Shown here piece by piece: positions 57,038 through 64,000 of a stretch of DNA of 64,000 nt (position 1 is its first letter; every line of letters starts with the position of its first letter). The translations under genes and the position numbers were made by a program. The DNA comes from Picochlorum sp. SENEW3. Taxonomy: Eukaryota. The notes under the pieces are model-generated. The model ran no database searches. It was given only the letters and a program-made list of their open reading frames with translations, and was not told the origin of the DNA. The stretch covers positions 992,001 through 1,056,000 of the forward strand of contig CP120459.1 in the NCBI GenBank assembly GCA_034226945.1. The letters are read 5' to 3'.

Positions 57038-58708
57038 ATGGAACAGGTTGGAATGAACACCTCTGTAGACTCCATAGCTCTTCCGAACAATATTGAGGAC
57101 ATTATCTCAAACTATATACGAACTGAAACACAGATTTTGGCAAAGGTGTGTGTTGGTAGAGCGTCCATGTTGGAACAGTCGAACTGAATGCCATTCATTC
57201 ATTGTTCAGAGAGCCAGGGATACACAAGACTGTCAAGGGGCCCTGGAAGATGTCAATTCATTAAAGCTTTGTTTGAGGCACAAAATCGACAATTTAGAAG
57301 ATCACAAAGACTATGTGGCTCGAGAGGTACGGCGCTTTCACGCGTAATATCTCCATGGCGCTCTCTAAAATGTTAAAGTATGGCGCAGGCCCAAACACTG
57401 CAAGATCTTCTCCGTGAGACTCATCGAATGAGCGATCGTATAGGACACGAGATTCGTCTGCGAGAGTATGAGGTTTTCAATATAGTAGCACAGAAGGAGA
57501 GGCAAGATCAGAACATATGTGCATGTTTGGCTTTTGCCAATGTCAACCTGGAGAGACGTGCTCAAGTCACGCTGCTAGAAAAAGCACTGGGACAAGAGCT
57601 CAAGTATCTCACAAAATCTATTTCTGAAAGCTCTATGCATCTCCAGGTAGTAGAATCTGATAAGAAAACAACCTTTACGGTAGAATCCTTCCTGGAACAC
57701 ATGCTTGGAAACAAGATGAGAGCCTTGGCAAAACAAAAGGAATCTGCCCTGGTCCTACGACAACAGGCAGATGTCAAGTTGCACGAAGTGCGTGGACATT
57801 TTCACCAGATCTCTGGAAAAGAACACCAAGCGCGGGCGCTCAAACTGTACCTATCAAAACTGATGACACAATCAAACTCCCTGGCATCTTATCTGAGTGC
57901 ACTTCTGAAACATGTTGGGAATGCTCAATCTTCCGAGACGAGAGGGAACCTGGCCACATACACTATGCCTTCTAATACATCTGCTGAGATACAGAAATGT
58001 GTTACAGATGTTGCCAATTTGATCGTAGGAAACACATCTGGGCCACTTGCCGCCAACAATCTTGTCGTTAAAATGCAGACTGTCCTAAACAACATGCAAG
58101 GCCTTGTCTACTCAAAAGAAAGACCTGAGGACCAAAAATTTGTTCACAAGTGGGAGCAAATTGTGAAATTCGCCTGTGCCTTAGAAAAGGAGTATGAGAG
58201 ACAAACATACTTCAGGCAAAACCTAGAAAAGGATTGTACTGAGGCACAGGCATGCATGGCGACATTGAAGCGATTGGAAAACGAGTTACACTTGCAACAG
58301 GATAAAGTGCGTCAACAGAAGCTTCTGAATGACATGGCCATCATAAAGTCCAGGTCATCTGAATCAAAATCCATCCACCTTATTGAGGATAAGCAGACAA
58401 TCCAGTTCCGGCGTGCATCAGAGAAAGCAAGCACAATGCATGATATCATTGCATTGTTAGATGAGGAAAAGTCTCTTGTCAAGCATAGACAACACATTTT
58501 GACCGCTGTTGAAGAAATGGAAAAGGCCATCTCACGAGACAGCAAAGACAAGAACACATGCCCTGACCATCACCATTCCAACAAAAAGCCTGACAAACAG
58601 TGTGAACACGGCCGAAGCGATGCTACTACAAGAAATTTTAGAATCACCGCATTGGAGTCGCGCTTTAAGAAGTCAATCTTCCAGATGATAGAGAAACAGA
58701 TCAGTTGA
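57038..58708 (+). CDS. Long coiled-coil protein of unknown function, 3 exons
   Basis: Exons about 57038-57145, 57210-57326 and 57389-58708 splice in phase 0; heptad-rich sequence with no recognised domain. Confidence 0.65.
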
Positions 58709-58712
58709 TTGA

Positions 58713-59948
58713 TTACAACTTTTCCAAAACCCTTAATTTTGCACTTCTGCTTCGTACATTTTGTTCTTCCTCTCGTTCGGATGGGCATATTGGTTTCCTT
58801 GTAATAATTTTTGCTGTGGCCGATGACATGTTATCGAATGGTAAGCAGTAGCCTGGCAGAGGAGAGTCGCTTGGAGCCATACCAGCTGCCCGACGAAAAG
58901 CCCACTTTACTATTCTATCCTCCAACGAGTGGAATGTAATAATGGCCAATCTACCACCAGGATGAAGCATTTCTATTGCATCTGGCACCGCGTGAGAGAT
59001 CGCGTGGAGCTCTCCATTCACAGCAATTCGTAGAGCTTGAAATACCCTAGTTGCTGGGTGCTTGGGACTATTTTGCTTTCTATTCTTCCTCTGGTCACCT
59101 CGCTTCTTGCTATACACTCCACCAGGGTTTCCTATTGCATCGACAAGATCTTTAGTCGTCATAATAGGTCGCTCCACCCTTCTATCAGCAATTCTTCTTG
59201 CTATAGATTTCCAGTACCTCTCTTCCCCAAATTCTTTCAGTATCTTCCCAAGTTTGGCTTCAGGCCATGTGTTCACTATCACTTCGGCAGTAACAGAAGA
59301 AGTGGGGTCCATTCTCATGTCCAGCGGACCATCTTTCATGAAACTAAACCCTCGCTCATCTATATCCAGTTGCATTGAAGACACACCAAGGTCTAGCAAA
59401 ATTCCATCAACTTTTTTGTTCGGCACGATGCCCTCATGCTCCAGCTGCACTAAAGTTTCCTTCATATCTGAAAAGTTCCCTCGTATTGGCACCATATACC
59501 TCCCATTTGCAGGCTCTTTCTTTCCTCCATCTCTTTCCCCCAAGTCATCCAAGACAACTGGAGGCAAAACATCTACACCCAAGCCCCTCATGTTTTCTCT
59601 TGCCAGATCGTGCGCCAGAGGATCTTTATCAAACCCTAGAGCCCACTGTAGCTCCTGGTGCGCCTCCAAGATGGCTCGAGAATGCCCACCCGCCCCCAAG
59701 GTTCCGTCTACAAAAGCCCTCAACTCTAGAGGCTGGAAGGCCTCCAACACTTCTTCCAGGAGAACAGGAACATGATGAATATCCTGAGAACCGACACTGT
59801 GAGCAAATGGAGGCTGAACCCTCCAAAAAAGGGCTCTTGTACTTGCCCCTGCCTTGACTTGCGTTCCGTAGCAGTGCCTTGTCCTACCCAAAACCCTGAA
59901 AGACCGACCAGTGCTCCTCACCTGACTGATCCAACTCAATCCAAACAT
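58713..59948 (-). CDS. rsmH: 16S rRNA m4C methyltransferase RsmH/MraW (organellar)
   Basis: HVPVLLEE, VDGTLGAGGHS, DLGVSSMQLD..RGFSF..GPLDMRM, HPATRVFQALRIAVN, FHSLEDRIVK, RSRSAKLR. Confidence 0.97.
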   Translation of the reverse strand: MFGLSWISQVRSTGRSFRVLGRTRHCYGTQVKAGASTRALFWRVQPPFAHSVGSQDIHHVPVLLEEVLEAFQPLELRAFVDGTLGAGGHSRAILEAHQELQWALGFDKDPLAHDLARENMRGLGVDVLPPVVLDDLGERDGGKKEPANGRYMVPIRGNFSDMKETLVQLEHEGIVPNKKVDGILLDLGVSSMQLDIDERGFSFMKDGPLDMRMDPTSSVTAEVIVNTWPEAKLGKILKEFGEERYWKSIARRIADRRVERPIMTTKDLVDAIGNPGGVYSKKRGDQRKNRKQNSPKHPATRVFQALRIAVNGELHAISHAVPDAIEMLHPGGRLAIITFHSLEDRIVKWAFRRAAGMAPSDSPLPGYCLPFDNMSSATAKIITRKPICPSEREEEQNVRSRSAKLRVLEKL

Positions 59949-60015
59949 ATCCAATCCGTGATACACAATCCAAATTCAAATGCATCCGTGGGCCGCTGAT
60001 TTTTTTCTAGATGCT

Positions 60016-60192
60016 CTAGTGCTGTTTCGACTCCAACTTCTTCACAGGTCTGCTACCGCGGATCAGCAATATTACATAAAACAAAAGGGCAGCGATATGA
60101 AACAGAATCAATCCAGCAATGATGGGACGTAAACCGAAACGGGTACCCAGGAACTCGGCTTCAATTTCTTCAACCTCTTCTTTGGACACCAT
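60016..60192 (-). CDS. 58-aa single-TM microprotein
   Basis: MVSKEEVEEIEAEFLG, hydrophobic helix IIAGLILFHIAALLFYVILLI, basic tail KKLESKQH; protein-like composition. Confidence 0.6.
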   Translation of the reverse strand: MVSKEEVEEIEAEFLGTRFGLRPIIAGLILFHIAALLFYVILLIRGSRPVKKLESKQH

Positions 60193-60609
60193 AGTGTCTG
60201 CCACGCCGCAGCCAATGACACTGAATAGTAGATATTACTAATTTTGTCTTTGTTTGTCGGGTATCAGGCATCATTCTCATTGTGAAGGAGACTGTACAGT
60301 GATCATCATCAAAAGAAAGAAGAGCTGCAAAGCTCTTGGGTGAATTCACCCATGCATGGGTCACGATGGGCACATCTTCCCTTGAGAGGATACTCTTGTC
60401 ATATAAAAAGTCTCTGGGGACAAAGAATGGAACGAAACCAAAAAGCTGCGCTCACATGGCAAATTCATGTGGGAGGCTGCAATTGAACTTTCGAAAGAGT
60501 AATTAACGTGTGTGTGTATCCATACAAAGGCAAAAGAATTAGAACTGTACTCTATCTAACAAACAACCCCGGGAACTCTGCATATATCTGGCAGAATGAT
60601 CAATACATG

Positions 60610-60845
60610 TCACTGCACTGAGCAAAAAGAAGCACCAGCATTTGCAGCATCGTGGTCTTCCTGGGTCGCAGCCTTGCATTTGCAACGCTGCTCAATGGGA
60701 ACGCCTTCCAGAGCAAAGTCGATATGCCTGCAACGTATGATTCAGCTGGTCAGTCTACGACGAACAGAAGACTAGTACACTCCTACCTTCCGCAACCGAT
60801 CCAACTTGGTTTCCAGCACTTTGGACAAGGGATTCGATGACACAT
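60610..60845 (-). CDS. 58-aa Cys/His-rich microprotein with C-terminal CaaX (not in ORF track); exons 60845-60787 and 60727-60610
   Basis: Splicing the 59-nt GT-AG intron (60728-60786) gives MCHRIPCPKCWKPSWIGCGRHIDFALEGVPIEQRCKCKAATQEDHDAANAGASFCSVQ*. Confidence 0.85.
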
Positions 60846-61046
60846 TGGTTCTTCTCTGAATTAAAACCCTGTATGAATGGTGGTATCTATGTACGAACGC
60901 GTCAGCGTAGGGTTCACGTGTGTGATCGTCAGTCGACTGGCACGTGTGAACGAATTGATGCTTGGATGTACTTTAATGTAAGTAACTTCTCGTATTTACG
61001 CTGAATAAATTGACAATAAATGAATTGACAAGAGTCGAGCCCTTTT

Positions 61047-63398
61047 TTACGACGTCACAAAATCCCTGAGGCTTTGGGGGACATGTACAGCCTTGAGGGA
61101 TTCCTGAAGGGATTCGCCTTGTAGTCTCTCATCTTGCTCTAACAAGGTCGAAAGTGAGGTGTGCAGATCTCTATTGCATGTTATCACATCCTGCGCTGCT
61201 TCTAAAGCTTTTGTGCAGAGAGATCTGACTTCCTGTTCGACAATACTACTCATTTCTCCAGACTCTGCCATGACATACTCGGATCCCATGGCCAGGGCAC
61301 CGACATTGACGGGTCCGATCGCTTGATTCAGCCCAAACTCTGTGACGCATCTCTGTGCTAGTTCAGTGGCTCTTCTCAAATCGTCTGAGGCTCCGGTTGA
61401 GATGGAAGAGCTTGTGATGACTTCTGCAGCACGGCCACCCATGAGAGTTGCTAGCTGTCCTCGAATCTCTGATTCGAAGGCAAGGGCTCTGTCTTCGGCT
61501 GTTGGAGGTGAGTATGTGAATCCCAAAGCTCCTCCTGATCTTGGAATAATGCTCAGACGCTCGGGCTTTGGGACAGTGGGAGCCAGCATACTCACGGCCA
61601 TTCCCACAAGGGCATGTCCAACCTCGTGTCTTGCCACAACAGACCGTTCTTCTCCCTGCAATATACTCCTTTTCTTCTCTATTCCGGCAACTGTTCGGAG
61701 AATTGCAGAGTCAAAGTCTTCAAAGCCCACGGCATCCTTGCCGCTTCTTCCGGCAAGGAGTGCCGCCTCATTGACAACATTGGCGAGGTCAGCTCCCGTG
61801 AACCCAATCGTTTGAGATGCAAGACTGGAGATATCAAAGCTTGCATCCAGAGGCAAATTGTTGTTGTCAATATGAACCCGAAGGATTTGTTCTCGGCCGA
61901 TTTTATCAGGTCTTTCGACGGGAACCCGTCGATCAAACCTCCCAGGACGCAACAGCGCTGGATCTAGGACATCTGGCCTGTTGGTCGCAGCTATGCAAAT
62001 GACAATGCCTGAACCCTCCGAATTGAACCCATCTAATTCTGTGAGAAGCTGGTTCAGCGTCTGCTCTCGTTCGTCGTTGCCTGAGCTGCGGAATCCCTTC
62101 ATAGGGGTATCCCTGCCCTTGGCTACAGCATCAATTTCATCAATAAAGACAATTGCTGGTGCATTCTTTCTTGCCTGTGTAAACAGTTCTCTAACACGAA
62201 GAGCGCCCATGCCTACATACAACTCTACAAATTCTGAAGCTGATGTACTATAAAATGGAACCCCTGCTTCACCGGCGACTGCTTTTGCTAACAGTGTCTT
62301 CCCGGTACCAGGCGGCCCAGAGAGCAGCACCCCACGAGGAGGTCTTGCTCCCAACTTCAAAAAGCGCCCTGGTTCCTTTAAATACTCTACAATTTCTTCT
62401 AACTCTTCTTTTGCTTCGTCAACACCTGCGACATCGTCAAAGGTCACGTCCACAAATGCATTTCCCCCCGATGTCCCGCGTTTCACAAATCCTCCACCTC
62501 TGTGGGGCATTCTCACGCCTGCTTTATTCATCACAGACAGAAGCGCGACAAATCCAACCAAGTATAGGAGCGCATTTGCAATATCGCCTATGATAGACTT
62601 TTCAATCACGGTGAAGCGCGTGCCTTTTGTCATCAACGAATCGTAGGGAAGCCTGTAGTCCTTTGGCTTGACAGTCTCAAACCACACGGCTGACTTGTCC
62701 ATGTCCTTGGAAAAGGAAGCATATATACCCGCTTGGTCCTTTAGCCTCATCCGCAACCTATTGCCTTCGACAGCCAAAAATCTAATCTCCTCCTTCTTCA
62801 GAGATTCCAGAAAGTCTGAAAAGGGCAGTTTGACAGTGACGTATCTAGAGGGAGGCAAATACCCAGGAACAGGGCTCTTCTGCAGTGGCCACAGATTCAA
62901 GAGAAGATTGAGCACAATCAAGGAAAAGAAAAACCTCAATGTCGTATTGCCTGGACCACCAAACCTTGAGAGAAATGAGCCCCTTTCGTTCTTTTCTTTT
63001 CGAGTCGGCCTGCCCCTCTTCTGTGGAGCAGTTGTGGTCTCCACAGACAACGACTCCTCCTCCTCCTTCTCGTCGTCGGCCTCCCCGGTGAAAGACCCTT
63101 GCCTTTCCGATTCTAATTCCTTGGAGTCATTCGACTGTCCATTGGAGCCCTCCGCATGGCCCATCTGTCGACCTCTTGTCCTCGCCAACCACATGGAGGG
63201 CCGACCAACGTCACCTCCCAGCAGCCTTCCAGTCGGGCAATACTGGAATCCCATTCCTCTCTCACGCACACCCACACACTGTGACCTCCCGTAAAAGCAT
63301 AACAAGGGTGTCATTCTCTGTCTTTGTCCCGACAGTCCTTGACCACCGCAGAAGCTCTGCAAGGCCACGGGTGGTCCACGACCTCCCCCTACTGGCAT
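61047..63398 (-). CDS. ftsH: Plastid FtsH ATP-dependent zinc metalloprotease (FtsH7/9-like)
   Basis: Two TM segments, [52 protein letters not shown]; start uncertain. Confidence 0.96.
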   Translation of the reverse strand: MPVGGGRGPPVALQSFCGGQGLSGQRQRMTPLLCFYGRSQCVGVRERGMGFQYCPTGRLLGGDVGRPSMWLARTRGRQMGHAEGSNGQSNDSKELESERQGSFTGEADDEKEEEESLSVETTTAPQKRGRPTRKEKNERGSFLSRFGGPGNTTLRFFFSLIVLNLLLNLWPLQKSPVPGYLPPSRYVTVKLPFSDFLESLKKEEIRFLAVEGNRLRMRLKDQAGIYASFSKDMDKSAVWFETVKPKDYRLPYDSLMTKGTRFTVIEKSIIGDIANALLYLVGFVALLSVMNKAGVRMPHRGGGFVKRGTSGGNAFVDVTFDDVAGVDEAKEELEEIVEYLKEPGRFLKLGARPPRGVLLSGPPGTGKTLLAKAVAGEAGVPFYSTSASEFVELYVGMGALRVRELFTQARKNAPAIVFIDEIDAVAKGRDTPMKGFRSSGNDEREQTLNQLLTELDGFNSEGSGIVICIAATNRPDVLDPALLRPGRFDRRVPVERPDKIGREQILRVHIDNNNLPLDASFDISSLASQTIGFTGADLANVVNEAALLAGRSGKDAVGFEDFDSAILRTVAGIEKKRSILQGEERSVVARHEVGHALVGMAVSMLAPTVPKPERLSIIPRSGGALGFTYSPPTAEDRALAFESEIRGQLATLMGGRAAEVITSSSISTGASDDLRRATELAQRCVTEFGLNQAIGPVNVGALAMGSEYVMAESGEMSSIVEQEVRSLCTKALEAAQDVITCNRDLHTSLSTLLEQDERLQGESLQESLKAVHVPQSLRDFVTS

Positions 63399-63591
63399 CA
63401 CAGAATATAACATCAACATTAAATCAAATTCCAAGTATGCATGGGCCAAAGCATGCCCAGAGTTTTGAACTGACTTGAATCCTTTTTTGGCCACTTGCAA
63501 TTGCAATGCCACAACCCTCTCAGGCAATGAATGAATTTATGATCTGGCGATTCTACCATATGATACGCTGATGTATTTCATTTTTGAATAG

Positions 63592-64000
63592 ATGCAGAGA
63601 ATGAAGGTATCACACACCCACGACATTTGCTATCGACAGCTTTCCTTGTTGTCCACCAGGACTGCACCTGGACGACTGTTGGCTTGGAGTCCCTCACTCT
63701 CTGATACAAGGAGTGCGAGGGAGTGCTCCATTCAATCATGTGTGTGTAGAAGCACTCACAGGGACTCTTTGATTCCTGAGACGCTGAAGGAGCTCGAGGC
63801 TGACGAGGAGCTTGTTCAGCTTCACGACAATATAGCCAGGCGTGGACAGCGATCCCTCACGGAGGAAGAGGATGCTCTGCGCAGAAAAACATTGGAAAAT
63901 TTGGGAACGAAGCCATTCAAGGCAATGTGCGAGAAAGAGGGGGTCACGGCGCTGAGGAGAGGACGGGCCAACATCTTCCAGTTAAACATTGGACTTTACT
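63592..64000 (+). CDS. 5' part of radical SAM protein, ArsS (arsenosugar synthesis)/DUF3641-like; runs off the window
   Basis: Open frame from ATG 63592 to the window end: transit-peptide-like start, then ..ALRRGRANIFQLNIGLY, the segment that precedes CxxxCxxC in this family; the Cys motif itself lies outside the window. Confidence 0.7.
   Translation, partial: MQRMKVSHTHDICYRQLSLLSTRTAPGRLLAWSPSLSDTRSARECSIQSCVCRSTHRDSLIPETLKELEADEELVQLHDNIARRGQRSLTEEEDALRRKTLENLGTKPFKAMCEKEGVTALRRGRANIFQLNIGLY

Noticed and set aside
59062..59775. 237-aa ORF antisense to RsmH, and similar Ser-rich antisense ORFs throughout
   Set aside because: Low-complexity mirror translations of real genes.
60264..60312. 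Box C/D snoRNA on the minus strand (TGATGA...CTGA)
   Set aside because: Boxes only about 46 nt apart, no terminal stem and no recognisable rRNA guide.
60360..60612. TGA after CSVQ read as selenocysteine, with a SECIS in the 3' UTR
   Set aside because: ATGA..AA..GA candidates do not form the SECIS helix, and CaaX at the true terminus is the simpler reading.
60400..61048. Possible plus-strand Pol III RNA (telomerase RNA or RNase MRP): TATAAAAAG at 60402, TAAAACCCT at 60862, no T4 run until T6 at 61043
   Set aside because: The region is better explained by the spliced minus-strand microprotein gene and its T-rich UTR. The putative template barely exceeds one repeat, and MRP CR-I/CR-V motifs match poorly.

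Overview
Eukaryotic, extremely gene-dense nuclear DNA from a green alga. The plastid-targeted FNR, ribosomal protein S1, FtsH and phytol kinase, the short GT-AG introns (mostly about 60-120 nt) and the TGTAA-type 3' signals fit a small-genome trebouxiophyte such as Picochlorum; this is inference, not a database match. About 42 protein-coding genes can be reconstructed by splicing the ORF track by hand. They include delta-COP, a DEAD-box helicase, HSP90, plastid S1, TFIIS, CCR4, PEX11, phytol kinase, a Rae1/YacP NYN nuclease, GTP cyclohydrolase II, a GCP5-like protein, FAM192A, MSH5, FNR, BCKDH E1-alpha, a CBM20 protein, a SET methyltransferase, an NPF transporter, a UBX protein, a CLC, NSE3/MAGE, DHODH, TBCE, PPIL3, OAT, a TRIC-like channel, CLN3, RsmH, FtsH and the 5' end of an ArsS-like radical SAM gene. 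I found no tRNA, rRNA, CRISPR array or transposon. Most notable observations: (1) a spliced 58-aa Cys/His-rich microprotein ending in a CaaX box, absent from the ORF track, behind a palindromic double G-box and heading a tight same-strand run (microprotein > small membrane peptide > RsmH) that may be partly polycistronic; (2) long G-U-rich stem-loops in the unusually long FNR intron and upstream leader; (3) the same TTTGAA-N-TTCAAA palindrome exactly 4 nt before the ATG of two unrelated genes; (4) an evening-element/CCA1-site cluster; (5) a SET protein with a duplicated C-x5-C-x4-GHRGxC knuckle; (6) an intact but motif-divergent meiotic MSH5. Exon boundaries were read by eye and start codons are best guesses.
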